Shown: piece by piece, positions 1-11,214 of the stretch
Layout: every line of letters begins with the position of its first letter
How positions within the stretch are numbered: position 1 is the stretch's first letter
Origin: Betaproteobacteria bacterium
GTDB taxonomy: Bacteria > Pseudomonadota > Gammaproteobacteria > Burkholderiales > SG8-39
Direction of reading: 5' to 3'
DNA: 39,280 bases
Assembly (NCBI GenBank): GCA_019237595.1
Contig: JAFAGU010000053.1
Span: 1 to 39,280, forward strand
Position numbers and translations under genes: made by a program
Notes under the pieces: model-generated
Databases searched by the model: none
The model's input: only the letters and a program-made list of their open reading frames with translations
Told to the model about the DNA's origin: nothing

Positions 1-642
1 GAGCCGCTCGTCGTAGGCGAGCGGGAGTGCGTCCACCGAGGCCGCGAGCGCATCCAGCCGCAGGCTCATGCCGGGAAAATCGATCGCGGGCAGCGCCTTC
101 AGCCGCTCGATGTCGCGCGCGAGCGCGCGGCGGATGGGCACGAATTGGGGGCGATCCGCGCGGTTGAGCCGAGATTCGGCAAGCTGGAGCGCCAGCAGCC
201 CGGCGCGCACATTGCCCGCGAGCTGCAGCTGCTGGGAGGCGATCGCGAGCACCTGCTCGATTTCCGCGAGCTGCCATTCGTCTCGCGTGCGCGAGAGCTC
301 CTGGTAGAGCGCCTCGAGCGCGAGCTGCTGGCTCTGCGACTCGGCGAGCCGGGTCTCGAGCTGCGCGATGCGCACCTGCGCCTCGCGCAGCGTCTCCTGC
401 GACTGGCGGGCGGCGCTGCGCGCGTCCCTCGCATCTGCCTCGACCTCGCGCAGCCGGCGGGCCACTTCCTCCTGCGTGCCGGCGATTCGGGAACGCGTAT
501 CGATCCACGCGGCGGCAAGGAGCGCCGAAAGCGCGACGAGCGCCAGCAAGACAAGCGCCGGCCGGTTGCGCCGCACCTTCCTTTCGACGGCTTCCGCAGC
601 GCTCGGCGTGGCGCTTTCCCGCTCGGATGGGCTTTCGCTCAT
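1..642 (-). CDS. hemX: HemX family protein, 5' part (runs off window start)
   Basis: Manual translation from ATG at 642, overlapping the hemD stop (ATGA): N-terminal TM segment, coiled coil and ...LEALYQELSRTRDEWQLAEIEQVLAIASQQLQLAGNVRAGLLALQLAESRL; follows hemC-hemD. Missing from the ORF track because it has no stop in the window. Confidence 0.88.
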   Translation of the reverse strand, partial: MSESPSERESATPSAAEAVERKVRRNRPALVLLALVALSALLAAAWIDTRSRIAGTQEEVARRLREVEADARDARSAARQSQETLREAQVRIAQLETRLAESQSQQLALEALYQELSRTRDEWQLAEIEQVLAIASQQLQLAGNVRAGLLALQLAESRLNRADRPQFVPIRRALARDIERLKALPAIDFPGMSLRLDALAASVDALPLAYDERL

Positions 643-1412
643 GGCGCCTGAAAGTATGCCACCAGCTCGCGGACGGTCTGCTCGTCGCCGGGCCCGCACA
701 CGCGTATCTCGCGCGCGCCGAGGCGCCGCGCCGCCTGTGCGATCCGCTCGTGCGGCACGAAGACCGGCGTCGCGGAGAGCCAGGTGCCGGCGGGCTCGCC
801 GAGGGCGCGAAGAAGGTTTTCGAGGCCCGCCGAAGACGAGCACGTCAGCGCATCCACACCCCCTTGGGCCCACGCTTTGGCGAGCGGCCGAAAGTCGCCC
901 CGGGGAGGCGAGCGCCGGTAACAGGCGGCATAGTCGACCTTCGCACCTCGCTTCGCGAGCGTGTCGCCCAGCAGCTCGCGCCCTCCGACGCCTCGAAATA
1001 TGATGACGCGCTTGCCCGACACGTTGCCGAGCTCGGGCAGCGCGAGCAGCGCTTCGCTGTCGGCGCCCTCTTCGGGCGAAACCACGGCCTTGATTCCGTG
1101 GCGCTCGAGCTCTCGCCGGCTCGCCGCGCCCACGGCCGCCGCGCGAAGCCCTGCAGGCCATTCGCGCCGCGAGCGCACGAGCGGGAGAGCCTTCTGCACG
1201 GCAGTCGGGCTCACGAATATGGCGAGGTCGTAGGCTTGAAGCTGCTCGATGGCGCGCTCGGCAGCCGGGTCGGAGACGTCGTCGATCTCCATGGCGGGAT
1301 AGACCAGCGCGGCGCCGCCCTCGGCCTCGATGCGCGCGGCAAGGCCACGGGCCTGCTCGCGCGGCCGGGTGACCACGATCGCGCGTCCTTCGAGGGGCCG
1401 TCTATTGGCCAA
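639..1412 (-). CDS. hemD: Uroporphyrinogen-III synthase
   Basis: IVVTRPREQA, IFVSPTAV, AVGAAS, SEALLALPEL, IFRGVGGRELL and YAACYRR motifs; TTG start at 1412 overlapping the hemC stop chosen instead of ORF start 1592. Confidence 0.92.
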   Translation of the reverse strand: MANRRPLEGRAIVVTRPREQARGLAARIEAEGGAALVYPAMEIDDVSDPAAERAIEQLQAYDLAIFVSPTAVQKALPLVRSRREWPAGLRAAAVGAASRRELERHGIKAVVSPEEGADSEALLALPELGNVSGKRVIIFRGVGGRELLGDTLAKRGAKVDYAACYRRSPPRGDFRPLAKAWAQGGVDALTCSSSAGLENLLRALGEPAGTWLSATPVFVPHERIAQAARRLGAREIRVCGPGDEQTVRELVAYFQAP

Positions 1413-2328
1413 GCGCGGCGAGGATCGCTTCGGCACCGCCGCGGCGGAGCTCTTCGGCCGCCCGTCGTCCGAGCGCCTCGGGGTCGGAAGCGCTTCCCGA
1501 GCAATCGGCGCGCAGGATCCGCTTGCCATCGGGCGAACCCAGGACCGCGCGAACGCGCAGCGTCGCGCCCTGCGGCTCGGCATAGGCGCCAAGGGGCATC
1601 GTGCAGTTGCCGCCGAGCGCGAGACTCACTGCCCGCTCTGCCCGTACGCACGCGGAGCTCGACTCCTCGGCGAGCGCGGCGAGGAGCCGTGCGACATCAG
1701 GCCGCGCCGCCAGGCATTCGATGCCGAGCGCCCCCTGGCCCGGCGCCGGAAGCATCTCCTCGGGCGCAAGGCGCGCGCGGATGCGCGCCGCGAGGCCGAG
1801 GCGCGCCAAGCCGGCTGCGGCGAGCAGAACGGCGTCGTATTCGCCCGCGTCGAGCTTGCGCAGCCTCGTTTCCACGTTGCCGCGGAGAAGCTTCACCGTG
1901 ACATCGGGGCGCCTCGCGAGCAGCTGCGCCTGTCGGCGGAGACTGGACGTGCCCACAACGGCGCCCGCCGGCGCTGCGGCGAGCCCCGGGAGCGAGGCCG
2001 ATACCCATGCGTCGCGCGGATCCTCGCGCGCCGTGATCGCAGCGAGGATGAACCCGGGAGGAAGCTCGGCCGGGACGTCCTTGATGGAGTGCACCGCCAG
2101 GTCGGCACGGCCTTCCGCCATCGCCGCCTCGAGCTCCTTCACGAAGAGCCCCTTGCCTCCCGCCTCGTCCAGCCTCGTCTCGAGGAGCTCGTCGCCGCGC
2201 GTGCTGAGCGGCAGGAGCTCGACGGCGAGGCCCGGATGCGCGCTTTCGAGGCGCGCCTTCACGTGCTCGGCCTGCCAGAGGGCGAGGCGGCTCCGACGCG
2301 TGGCGATGACGAGCCGATTGCCGCTCAA
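1402..2328 (-). CDS. hemC: Hydroxymethylbilane synthase (porphobilinogen deaminase)
   Basis: IATRRSRLALWQA, GGKGLFVKELE, DLAVHSIKDVP, GTSSLRR, LRGNVETRL, PAPGQGAL and a cofactor-binding Cys (GGNC); TTG start overlapping the algR stop. Confidence 0.96.
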   Translation of the reverse strand: MSGNRLVIATRRSRLALWQAEHVKARLESAHPGLAVELLPLSTRGDELLETRLDEAGGKGLFVKELEAAMAEGRADLAVHSIKDVPAELPPGFILAAITAREDPRDAWVSASLPGLAAAPAGAVVGTSSLRRQAQLLARRPDVTVKLLRGNVETRLRKLDAGEYDAVLLAAAGLARLGLAARIRARLAPEEMLPAPGQGALGIECLAARPDVARLLAALAEESSSACVRAERAVSLALGGNCTMPLGAYAEPQGATLRVRAVLGSPDGKRILRADCSGSASDPEALGRRAAEELRRGGAEAILAALGQ

Positions 2329-3080
2329 AGCTTCTCCGCAATCGCGTCGCGCACCGTGGGCCACTGCCGCCGGCTCACCGGCAGGCGCTCGGCGAGGCCC
2401 TCGAGCACTACGGCCCACTGCCCGTCCTCCGATTCGCTCCCGCGCTCGAAGCCGCGGATGGCACTGCGCGACACGAGGCAGTTGCGGTGGATCCGCACGA
2501 AGCGCTCGCCGAACTCGCGCTCGAGCGCGACGAGCGATTCCTCGATGAGGTGCTCGGCGCCGCGCGTGCGCAGCGTGACGTACTTCTGCTCCGCGCGCAG
2601 GAACACGATGTCGCGCACCGGCACGAGCACGATGCGATGGCGCTCGGCGACCGAGAGGTATTCGCGCGGCTGGCCCGAGGCCCGGTCGAGCTGCTCGCGC
2701 GCGGGCGCATGGCCGGCCGCCGCCCGCTTGAGCGCGGCGGCGAGCCGGGCCGCCCGGACGGGCTTGAGGAGATAGTCGAGCGCATTGAGCTCGAAGGCCT
2801 GGACCGCGTGCCGGTCGTGCGCGGTCACGAAGACCACCGCCGGCGGGCGCTCGAGCGTGCACAGGTGGCGCGCCACTTCGAGCCCCTGCATGCCCGGCAT
2901 TTCGATGTCGAGGAGGACGACATCGGCGCCGCTCGCCGGAATGCGCTCGAGCGCTTCCATGCCGTGGGCCGCCTCGCCCGCGAGCTCGGTCGGAATCTCG
3001 CCGGCGACATCGGCGAGGAGCGCCTTCAGGCGCTCGCGCGCGAGCGCCTCGTCGTCCGCGATGAAGACGCGCAGGCTCAC
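2325..3080 (-). CDS. algR: LytTR-family response regulator (AlgR-like)
   Basis: Receiver domain (IADDE, LLDIEMP, FVTAHD, DYLLKP) plus LytTR domain (FVRIHRNCLV, LPVSRR); position between fimS and hemC as in Pseudomonas; GTG start overlapping the upstream stop. Confidence 0.88.
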   Translation of the reverse strand: MSLRVFIADDEALARERLKALLADVAGEIPTELAGEAAHGMEALERIPASGADVVLLDIEMPGMQGLEVARHLCTLERPPAVVFVTAHDRHAVQAFELNALDYLLKPVRAARLAAALKRAAAGHAPAREQLDRASGQPREYLSVAERHRIVLVPVRDIVFLRAEQKYVTLRTRGAEHLIEESLVALEREFGERFVRIHRNCLVSRSAIRGFERGSESEDGQWAVVLEGLAERLPVSRRQWPTVRDAIAEKL

Positions 3081-4162
3081 GCCGCCTCCGTGCGCGAGGC
3101 GTCGCCTTCTTTGCGCTCGCCGGCCGCGGCGGGGCGAGCCGGCAGCGCCATGGACGCGTCCGTGCGGTAGGGCAGGTCGATTTCCACGCAGTAGCGGCCG
3201 TCCTTCACGCTCGCCTCCATGCGCGCCTCGGCGTCGAAGAAGAGCGCGAGCCGCTCCCGGATATTCGCGATCGCGACGCGGTTTCCCGAGCGCCGCTGCT
3301 GCTCCTCGACCCACGGGTTCTCGATCCGCGCGAGCACGCGCGCGCCGCGCCGCTCGATGCGCACGAGGACTTCGGCGCTTCCGAGCGAAGGCTCGACGCC
3401 GTGGTACACCGCGTTCTCGAGGAGCGGCTGCAGCACGAGCGGCGGCAGCAGCGCGTCGAGCGGCGCCGCGTCGAGCTCCCACGCGATGCGCAGGCGCTCC
3501 CCCAGCCGGAGCTGCTCGATCTCGGCATAGCGCTCGAGGAGCGCGATCTCGTCGGCCAACCGCACGAAGCGCCGCGCGTCGGCCATGAGCGTGCGGAAGA
3601 GGTCCGCCAGGTCCTCGATGACGCGCTCGGCCTGGCGCGGGTCGCGCCGGATCACCGCCAGCACCGCGTTCAGGCTGTTGAACAGGAAATGCGGCCGGAT
3701 GCGCGCCTGCAGCGCCTGGAGGCGCGCTTCGGCGAGCGCAGGCGAGTACGCCCGGGCGAGCAGGCGTAAATAAGCGAGGAGCAGCGCCGCCGTTGGGATC
3801 GTGAACGCGAGGAGGCGTCCGAGCCCTGCGGGCGCTTCGCCGCCGAGCGCTGCCCAGCCGGCGCGAAGGGCCGTCGCGAGCGCCGCAGCGACGAGCAGCA
3901 CGCCGGCGCAGCCCCACAAGTACGGCAAGCGGCCAAGCACGATCGAAAGGGCGTACAGCGCGACGAGCACGCAGAGCAGCAGCGGCTCTGCATACGCCGC
4001 GGCCTGGGTGAAGCGCTCGACGCCCAACGCGAGCGTCGGCGTGGCAACGAAGGAACCGACGAGGAGAAGCGCGTTGACGCCTACGAGGATGCGCGCGACG
4101 ACCCCGAGGTTGCGAAAGTCCGGCAACAGGTCCGGGTATTCGTTTTGTCTTATACTGGCCAC
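3077..4162 (-). CDS. fimS: LytS-type sensor histidine kinase (FimS/AlgZ-like)
   Basis: LPDFRNLG N-terminus, several TM helices, [16 protein letters not shown]-box, [13 protein letters not shown]-box; divergent from argH. GTG start is inferred. Confidence 0.85.
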   Translation of the reverse strand: MASIRQNEYPDLLPDFRNLGVVARILVGVNALLLVGSFVATPTLALGVERFTQAAAYAEPLLLCVLVALYALSIVLGRLPYLWGCAGVLLVAAALATALRAGWAALGGEAPAGLGRLLAFTIPTAALLLAYLRLLARAYSPALAEARLQALQARIRPHFLFNSLNAVLAVIRRDPRQAERVIEDLADLFRTLMADARRFVRLADEIALLERYAEIEQLRLGERLRIAWELDAAPLDALLPPLVLQPLLENAVYHGVEPSLGSAEVLVRIERRGARVLARIENPWVEEQQRRSGNRVAIANIRERLALFFDAEARMEASVKDGRYCVEIDLPYRTDASMALPARPAAAGERKEGDASRTEAA

Positions 4163-4216
4163 GGGATGGGCAGCTCGCGCGCGTCGCTCCGACCCGCGCA
4201 TTCTAATCGTCCGGGA

Positions 4217-5617
4217 ATGGCCAAGAAGAAAGAGCTCTGGTCGGGCCGCTTCGCGAAGCGGCTGCGGCCGCAGGTGAAGGCGTTCACCGCATCGCTGCCG
4301 TTCGACAGGCGCCTCGCGCTGCACGACGTGCGTGCCTCGCTCGCACATGCGCGCATGCTCGGGGCATGCGGCATCCTCGCGCGCCGCGACCTCGCCGCCA
4401 TCGAGCGCGGGCTTGCCGCGGTGCGTCGCGAGATCGAGCGCGATCGCTTCGCCTGGTCGCGCGACGACGAGGACGTGCACCTCAACATCGAGCGCCGGCT
4501 CACCGCGCTCGTCGGCGACGCCGGCAAGAAGCTCCATACTGCGCGCTCGCGCTACGACCAGGTCGCGACCGATGTCCGGCTCTGGCTGCGCGACGAGATC
4601 GACAGCGGGCTGGACCGCCTCGCCGCGCTCGAGCGCGCGCTCCTCGCGCAGGCATCGCGCCATGCCGATCTCGTCATGCCGGGGTTCACCCACCTGCAGG
4701 TCGCGCAGCCCGTCACCTTCGGGCATCACCTGCTCGCCTACGTGGAGATGCTCGAGCGCGACCGCGAGCGCCTCTCGGAATGCCGCCGGCGAGTGAACCG
4801 CCTGCCGCTCGGCGCGGCAGCGCTCGCCGGAACCACGTTCCCGATCGATCGCGCCCGCGTAGCGCGCGAGCTCGGCTTCGAGGCCGTGGCGGAAAATTCG
4901 CTCGACGCCGTCTCCGATCGCGACTTCGCGATCGAGTACTGCGCCGCCGCTTCCCTCGCGATGGTGCACCTTTCGCGCCTGGCCGAGGAGCTCGTGCTCT
5001 GGGCGAGCCCGCGCTTCGGCTTCGTGCGGCTCCCGGAGGACTACTGCACCGGCTCGTCCATCATGCCGCAGAAGCGCAATCCGGACGTGCCGGAGCTCGT
5101 GCGCGGCAAGTCCTCACGCGTGGTGGGCGACTTGGTCACACTCCTCGCGCTCATGAAGGCGCAGCCGCTCGCCTATAACAAGGACAACCAGGAGGACAAG
5201 GAGCCGCTCTTCGACGCCGCGGACACCCTGAACGCATCGCTCGAGATCATGGCGGGCCTCGTCTCGGGCCTGCGGCCCGACGCCAAGGCGATGCGCGCCG
5301 CGCTTGCCCAAGGCCACGCCACGGCCACCGACCTCGCCGACTACCTGGTGCGCAAGGGCGTGCCTTTCCGCGACGCGCACGAAGCGGTGGGCCGTGCGGT
5401 CCGCGAGGCGGAGCGCTCCGGGAAGGACCTCGCCTCGCTGCCCCTTGCGACGCTGAAGCGCTTCTCCGCGTCGATCGACGCGGATGTGCGCCGGGTGCTC
5501 ACGCCCGAGGGGTCGGTCGCGGCGCGCGACCACTTCGGCGCCACGTCGCCGCGGCAAGTGCGCCAGGCGATCGCACGAGCGCGTGAGCGCCTCAAGGGCA
5601 GAGGCTCGAGAGCGTGA
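4217..5617 (+). CDS. argH: Argininosuccinate lyase
   Basis: [42 protein letters not shown] signature and [15 protein letters not shown] replaces the usual SRNDQ. Confidence 0.96.
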   Translation: MAKKKELWSGRFAKRLRPQVKAFTASLPFDRRLALHDVRASLAHARMLGACGILARRDLAAIERGLAAVRREIERDRFAWSRDDEDVHLNIERRLTALVGDAGKKLHTARSRYDQVATDVRLWLRDEIDSGLDRLAALERALLAQASRHADLVMPGFTHLQVAQPVTFGHHLLAYVEMLERDRERLSECRRRVNRLPLGAAALAGTTFPIDRARVARELGFEAVAENSLDAVSDRDFAIEYCAAASLAMVHLSRLAEELVLWASPRFGFVRLPEDYCTGSSIMPQKRNPDVPELVRGKSSRVVGDLVTLLALMKAQPLAYNKDNQEDKEPLFDAADTLNASLEIMAGLVSGLRPDAKAMRAALAQGHATATDLADYLVRKGVPFRDAHEAVGRAVREAERSGKDLASLPLATLKRFSASIDADVRRVLTPEGSVAARDHFGATSPRQVRQAIARARERLKGRGSRA

Positions 5618-6909
5618 CCGCCCGGCCAACGCTCACGCAGATCGGCAAGTATCCGGTCCTGCGCAAGCTCGGGGAAGGCGCCACCTCGGAGGTCTACCTC
5701 TCCCACGATCCCTTCAACGATCGCGACGTGGCGATCAAGGTCGCCTTTCCCGAGACCTTCGAGGACCCGGAGCGCGGCAAGCTCTACCGCAAGCTCTTCC
5801 TCACGGAGGCGTCGCTCGCCGGCAAGCTCCAGCACCCGCACATCTGCCAGATCTTCGACGCCGTGGCCGACGACCAGCTCCACTACATCGTGATGGAATA
5901 CGTGGGCGGCGGCACGCTGGAGCGGTTTTGCCGCACCGAGATGCTGCTGCCGGTCGACAAGGTCGTCGAGATCGTCTTCAAGTGCACGCGCGCGCTCGAG
6001 TACGCGCACAAGCTCGGCGTCACGCACCGCGACATCAAGCCGGCGAACATCCTTTACCTCGGCGACACGGACGTGAAGATCACCGACTTCGGCGCCGCGC
6101 TCATCGCTTCCGGCGACACCACGCAGGTGAGCGCGATCGGCTCGCCCGCGTACATGTCGCCCGAGCAGGTGAAGGAGCACCCGCTCGACCACCAGACCGA
6201 TATCTACTCCGTCGGCGTGGTGATGTACCACCTGCTCACGGGCCGCCTGCCCTTCCAGGCGGTGAACAACTTCAGCCTCATCTACCAGATCACCAACGTG
6301 GAGCCCGAGCCGCCGTCCACGTTCCGGCCCGAGATCCCGCCCGCGCTGAACGAGATCGTCCGCCATGCCATGGCGAAGGACCTCGAGGCGCGCTACCGCA
6401 CCTGGGAGAGCTTCTCGCTCGACCTCGCCGAGGCCTTCCGGGCGCAATACAAGGGCGCCCACAAGGCGCAGGAATTCGCCGACTCCGACAAGTTCGAGAC
6501 GCTTCGCAAGCTTGCCTTCTTCAACCACTTCTCGGACGCGGAGCTCTGGGAAGTGGCGCGCATCTCGAGCTGGCGCCACGCCTCGAGCGGCGAGGTGCTC
6601 ATGAAGGAGGGCGAGGTCGGCGATTTCTTCTGCATCCTCGCCGACGGCCAGGTGAAGGTGACGAAGAAGGGCAAGCTCCTCAACCTGCTGCGCTCGGGCG
6701 AGCCGTTCGGCGAAATGGCGTACCTCACCAAGGGCGAGCAGGTGCGCGGCGCCGACGTCACCGTCATGAACGACGCCAACATCATCTCGGTGCCCACGCC
6801 CGCGCTCTCGCAGGCGAGCGATGGGTGCCGGCACAAGTTCGACCGCGCGTTCATGGAAATCCTGGTGGAGCGCCTTTCCATGGCGAACCTGCGCCTGTCG
6901 GGGGTCTAG
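5614..6909 (+). CDS. Hanks-type Ser/Thr protein kinase with C-terminal cyclic-nucleotide-binding domain
   Basis: [41 protein letters not shown]; C-terminal [18 protein letters not shown]...[10 protein letters not shown]...RGADV; GTGA overlap with argH. Confidence 0.92.
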   Translation: MTARPTLTQIGKYPVLRKLGEGATSEVYLSHDPFNDRDVAIKVAFPETFEDPERGKLYRKLFLTEASLAGKLQHPHICQIFDAVADDQLHYIVMEYVGGGTLERFCRTEMLLPVDKVVEIVFKCTRALEYAHKLGVTHRDIKPANILYLGDTDVKITDFGAALIASGDTTQVSAIGSPAYMSPEQVKEHPLDHQTDIYSVGVVMYHLLTGRLPFQAVNNFSLIYQITNVEPEPPSTFRPEIPPALNEIVRHAMAKDLEARYRTWESFSLDLAEAFRAQYKGAHKAQEFADSDKFETLRKLAFFNHFSDAELWEVARISSWRHASSGEVLMKEGEVGDFFCILADGQVKVTKKGKLLNLLRSGEPFGEMAYLTKGEQVRGADVTVMNDANIISVPTPALSQASDGCRHKFDRAFMEILVERLSMANLRLSGV

Positions 6910-6910
6910 C

Positions 6911-7747
6911 ACGGCGAGGCTCGACGAGGCGCTCAAGCGGGCGCTCGGCATCGAGGCGGCGACGCGGCTTCCGGGCGGCGGCATTCTCGATTGCTACTGG
7001 GTCTCGATCGGCGGCGAGGAGCGGTTCCTGAAGACCGGCCTCGCGCGCCACGCCGATCGCTTTGCGGCGGAAGCGGACGGCCTGCGGGCGCTCCTCGAGG
7101 CCGGCGTACGCGCCCCCCGAACCTTCGGCGCCGGCGTGGCCGGCGCGCAGGCTTACCTCGTCATCGAGCACCTCGAGCTGCACCAGGAGGGCGACTTCGC
7201 GGCCTTGGGCGCGATGCTCGCGAGGCTCCATGGCGCCGCCGGAACGCGCTATGGATGGTCTCGCGACAACTACATCGGCGCGACGGAGCAGGAAAACGCA
7301 TGGGCCGAAGAGTGGCCGGCCTTCTTCCGGGAGCGCAGGCTCCGCCCGCAAATCGCCCTCGCCCAGCGCAACGGCTTTTCGCTCGAATGCGATTTCGTCC
7401 TGGACAACCTGGACAAGCTCCTCGGTCATGGCCCGCGGCCTTCGCTCCTGCACGGCGACCTCTGGAGCGGGAACGCCGGCTTCCATCGCGGCGAGCCGGT
7501 CCTCTTCGATCCGGCGGTGTACTACGGCGATCGCGAATGCGACCTCGCGATGACGGAGCTCTTCGGGGGATTTCCGGCGGACTTCTACGCTTCCTACGCG
7601 AAGGAATTACCGCTGGACGCCGGGTACGGGAAGCGCAAGCACCTCTACAACCTGTATCACCTGCTCAACCACCTCAACATCTTCGGCGGCGGCTACCTCG
7701 GGCAGGTGAGCTCGACGCTAGGCCTTTTGCGGAGCTTCCTGCAGTAG
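6911..7747 (+). CDS. Fructosamine kinase family protein
   Basis: FLK, FAAEADGLRAL, YGWSRDNYIGAT, PSLLHGDLWSGN, FDPAVYYGDRECDLAMTELFGGF, YNLYHLLNHLN. The start is uncertain: ACG at 6911 sits where ATG is expected. Confidence 0.88.
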   Translation, partial: TARLDEALKRALGIEAATRLPGGGILDCYWVSIGGEERFLKTGLARHADRFAAEADGLRALLEAGVRAPRTFGAGVAGAQAYLVIEHLELHQEGDFAALGAMLARLHGAAGTRYGWSRDNYIGATEQENAWAEEWPAFFRERRLRPQIALAQRNGFSLECDFVLDNLDKLLGHGPRPSLLHGDLWSGNAGFHRGEPVLFDPAVYYGDRECDLAMTELFGGFPADFYASYAKELPLDAGYGKRKHLYNLYHLLNHLNIFGGGYLGQVSSTLGLLRSFLQ

Positions 7748-8041
7748 CTTCTGCAGCTCGCCGGACTGGTACATCTCCTTCATGATGTCCGAGCCGCCGA
7801 CGAACTCGCCGTTCACGTAGAGCTGCGGGATGGTGGGCCAGTTGGCGTACTCCTTGATGCCCTGGCGGATTTCCGGGTCGGCAAGGACGTTCACGTGCGC
7901 GAAGTCCTGCACGCCGCAGGCATTGAGCACCTGGACGGCGAGCGACGAAAAACCGCATTGGGGGAACTGCGGTGTGCCCTTCATGTAGAGGACGACGCGG
8001 TTTCCCGTGACCTGCTGCTTGATGCGCTCTTGGGTATCCAT
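7718..8041 (-). CDS. grxD: Monothiol glutaredoxin (Grx4/GrxD)
   Basis: LYMKGTPQFPQCGFS active site and WPTIPQLYVNGEFVGGSDI; start at 8041 (alternative 8050). Confidence 0.96.
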   Translation of the reverse strand: MDTQERIKQQVTGNRVVLYMKGTPQFPQCGFSSLAVQVLNACGVQDFAHVNVLADPEIRQGIKEYANWPTIPQLYVNGEFVGGSDIMKEMYQSGELQKLLQEAPQKA

Positions 8042-8051
8042 GCCCGCCATT

Positions 8052-8828
8052 TTATCGCCTTCCGCCGGTCACCCGGCCGATGCCGGATAGATCAGGCCAG
8101 GTCTGCACGGCTTCAAGCCCGGCGAGGAGCCGCCGGACGGCTTCCCCCTGGTCGAAGCCGTGCTCCAGGAAGAGCCATCCGCCGGCTGACAGGTGCGCGG
8201 GCGCCCGCTCGGCGATTTCACGAAGCGCATCCAGGCCCTCCGGGCCGGAAACAAGCGCCTCGCGCGGCTCGAACACCAAGGCACCGAGGTGCGGGTCGCC
8301 CTCGGCGACATACGGCGGGTTCGCGACGATGAGGTCGAAGCGCTCGTCGTCGACCGGGTCGAGCCATCGGCCATGGCGGAAATCCACCTCGAGTCCCAGG
8401 CGGGCGGCATTGCGCTTGGCGACGACGAGTGCGGCGGCGCTCGACTCCACGGCCACGACGGTGGCCCTCGGGCGGTACCTCTTCAACGCGAGCGCAATGG
8501 CGCCCGATCCCGTCCCGAGGTCGAGCGCGCGCGCGAAGGGCTGCGCGAGCGCTCGCTCGACGAGGAGCTCGGTTTCCGGCCGCGGCACGAGCACCGCCGG
8601 AGTCACCACGAGCTCGATGCCGTAGAACTCCTTGCGGCCGAGGAGGTAGGCCACCGGCTCGCCGCGCCGGCGCCTCGAGACAAGCTCCGTGAACCGCTGC
8701 TGGGCATCCGCGGGCAGCGCCTTCTCCGGGAAAGCGATCAGCGTGGCGGCGGAGAACCCGGTCGCCTCGGCGAGCAGCAGGCGCGCCTCCAGGGGCTCCA
8801 GCGCCCGGAGCGCCTCGCCGACCGTCAA
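8052..8828 (-). CDS. prmC: Release factor glutamine methyltransferase
   Basis: [40 protein letters not shown]; directly downstream of prfA. Confidence 0.95.
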   Translation of the reverse strand: MTVGEALRALEPLEARLLLAEATGFSAATLIAFPEKALPADAQQRFTELVSRRRRGEPVAYLLGRKEFYGIELVVTPAVLVPRPETELLVERALAQPFARALDLGTGSGAIALALKRYRPRATVVAVESSAAALVVAKRNAARLGLEVDFRHGRWLDPVDDERFDLIVANPPYVAEGDPHLGALVFEPREALVSGPEGLDALREIAERAPAHLSAGGWLFLEHGFDQGEAVRRLLAGLEAVQTWPDLSGIGRVTGGRR

Positions 8829-9913
8829 GCGGATTCCGCGGCCGTGAGCTCGGAGAGCTGCTCGGCCTGGTGCTCCGTCTGCAGCGCGCCGACGAGCTCA
8901 TCGAGCTCGCCGTCCATGATGCGGTCGATCTTGTAGAGCGTGAGGTTGATGCGGTGGTCGGTGACTCGGCCTTGCGGGAAGTTGTACGTGCGGATGCGCT
9001 CGGACCGGTCGCCGGAGCCGATGAGCAACTTGCGCGTCGAAGCGGTCTTCGCCTGCTGCTCGGAGCGCTGCTTGTCGCGGATGCGCGCCGCGAGCACCGC
9101 AAGCGCCTTCTCGCGGTTCTTGTGCTGCGAGCGCGAATCCTGGCACTCGACCACGATGCCGGTGGGCAGGTGCGTGACGCGGATCGCGGACTCCGTCTTG
9201 TTCACGTGCTGCCCGCCGGCGCCCGAGGCGCGGAACGTGTCGATGCGCAGCTCCGCCGGGTTGAGCTGCACGTCGTCCACCGCCTCCGCCTCGGGGAGCA
9301 CGGCGACCGTGCAGGCCGAAGTATGGATGCGGCCCTGCGCCTCGGTTTCGGGGACGCGCTGCACGCGGTGGCCGCCGGACTCGAATTTCAGCTTCGAGTA
9401 CGCCCCCTGGCCGACGATGCGCGCGATGACTTCCTTGTAGCCGCCGAGCTCGGAGGCGCTCTCCGAGATGATCTCCACCTGCCAGCCCTGGCGCTCCGCA
9501 TAGCGCGCGTACATGCGGAAGAGGTCGCCCGCGAAAAGCGCCGACTCGTCGCCGCCCGTGCCGGCGCGCACCTCGAGGAAGATGTTCCGCTCGTCGTTCG
9601 GGTCCTTGGGAAGGAGCGCGCGCTGCAGCTCCGCTTCCAGGCGCTCCATAGAGGCGCGCGCCTTCTTCAGCTCCTCGTCGGCGTAGGCCTTCATGCCCGC
9701 GTCGCCCGCGAGCTCGCGTGCGTCGTTCGCGTCGCGCTCGACCTGCAGGTAGTCCTGGAAAAGCGCGACCACCGAGGAGACCTCCGAGTGCTCGCGCGAG
9801 AGCTTGCGGAACTCGTCGAGGTTCTTCGTCGCGTCCTCCGCCGCAAGGAGGCGATTCAGCTCATCGAGCCGCCCGACCAGGCTGTCGAGCTTCGAGCGCA
9901 GCGTCGGCTTCAC
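8825..9913 (-). CDS. prfA: Peptide chain release factor 1
   Basis: [23 protein letters not shown] (PxT motif), [25 protein letters not shown]. Confidence 0.98.
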   Translation of the reverse strand: MKPTLRSKLDSLVGRLDELNRLLAAEDATKNLDEFRKLSREHSEVSSVVALFQDYLQVERDANDARELAGDAGMKAYADEELKKARASMERLEAELQRALLPKDPNDERNIFLEVRAGTGGDESALFAGDLFRMYARYAERQGWQVEIISESASELGGYKEVIARIVGQGAYSKLKFESGGHRVQRVPETEAQGRIHTSACTVAVLPEAEAVDDVQLNPAELRIDTFRASGAGGQHVNKTESAIRVTHLPTGIVVECQDSRSQHKNREKALAVLAARIRDKQRSEQQAKTASTRKLLIGSGDRSERIRTYNFPQGRVTDHRINLTLYKIDRIMDGELDELVGALQTEHQAEQLSELTAAESA

Positions 9914-11181
9914 TTACTGCCGGGATAGAGCCGCTTCAGCGCCTCGGCGAGGCGGCGCGCTTCGTCGCCCTCGGATTCGCCGAGCGCCTGCGTCGGCCCG
10001 TGCATGAGCTTGTTCGTGAGCGCGCGCGAGAGCGCCTCGAGCGCGACCTCCGGCGGCTCCCCGCGCTGCAGGCGGCGCAGCGCCTGGCGGACCTCGTCCT
10101 GCCGCGCCGCCTCGGCGTGCTCGCGCAGCGCGCGGATGAGCGGCACGTTCTCGCGCGAGCGCATCCAGTGCATGAAGTGCCCGACCTGCGCATCGATGAT
10201 GGCCTCGGCCTGCTCCACGGAGGAGCGGCGCGCGTCCAGGTTGGCCGAGACGATTCCCGCGAGGTCGTCCACCGTGTAGAGGAAGACGTCGTCGATCTCG
10301 GCCACTTCGGGCTCGATGTCGCGCGGCACGGCGAGGTCGACCATGAACATCGGGCGCCGGCGCCGCGCCCGCAGCGCGCGCTCGACGAGCCCCTTGCCGA
10401 GGATCGGGAGCGACGAAGCGGTGCAGGACACGACGATGTCGTGCTCGTGCAGGTGCTCGGGAAGCTCGCGCAGCTCGATGGCGCGCGCGTTGAACCGGTG
10501 CGCGAGGCGGCTGCCCCGCTCCACGGTGCGGTTCGCGACCGTGATGCGCGCCGGGGCCTGGGCCGCGAAATGCGTGGCGCACAGCTCGATCATCTCGCCT
10601 GCGCCGATGAAAAGGATCGATTGCTCGCGCAGGCTCGGGAAGATGCGCGCGGCGAGCTTCACCGCCGCGGCGGCCATGGACACGCTCTGAGTCCCGACGC
10701 TCGTCGTCGAGCGCACTTCCTTTGCCACGGCGAAAGAGCGCTGGAAGAGCTTGTGGAGCACCGTGCCGAGCGTTCCGGCCGCCTCCGCCTGGCGCACGGC
10801 CTCCTTCATCTGGCCGAGGATCTGCGGCTCGCCGAGCACCATGGAATCCAGCCCGGAGGCGACGCGGAACGCGTGTCGCACCGCCCGATCCGCGGGGAGC
10901 GTGTACAGGTACGGCGCGAGCTCTTCGGGGCTGAAGCGGTGGTACTGCGCGAGCCATCGCGCCGCCTCCTGCGGGTGCTCGGCGGAGAAATAGAGCTCCG
11001 TGCGATTGCACGTGGAAAGGATGGCGGCCTCGGTAGCGAGCGCCGTCTTCATCTCGTTAAGCGCCTCGCGCAGCCTCTCGACGTGGAAGACCACCCGCTC
11101 GCGCACCGGCAGGGGCGCGGTCTGGTGGTTGAGGCCCAGGGCGTAGAGGCCCGCGGGGCCCGGGACGACGGTCGAGGCCAT
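9910..11181 (-). CDS. hemA: Glutamyl-tRNA reductase
   Basis: [49 protein letters not shown]; hemA-prfA-prmC order. Confidence 0.97.
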   Translation of the reverse strand: MASTVVPGPAGLYALGLNHQTAPLPVRERVVFHVERLREALNEMKTALATEAAILSTCNRTELYFSAEHPQEAARWLAQYHRFSPEELAPYLYTLPADRAVRHAFRVASGLDSMVLGEPQILGQMKEAVRQAEAAGTLGTVLHKLFQRSFAVAKEVRSTTSVGTQSVSMAAAAVKLAARIFPSLREQSILFIGAGEMIELCATHFAAQAPARITVANRTVERGSRLAHRFNARAIELRELPEHLHEHDIVVSCTASSLPILGKGLVERALRARRRRPMFMVDLAVPRDIEPEVAEIDDVFLYTVDDLAGIVSANLDARRSSVEQAEAIIDAQVGHFMHWMRSRENVPLIRALREHAEAARQDEVRQALRRLQRGEPPEVALEALSRALTNKLMHGPTQALGESEGDEARRLAEALKRLYPGSK

Positions 11182-11214
11182 TGCAGCGCGGATTCTAAGG
11201 CCCCGGGGGGCTCG

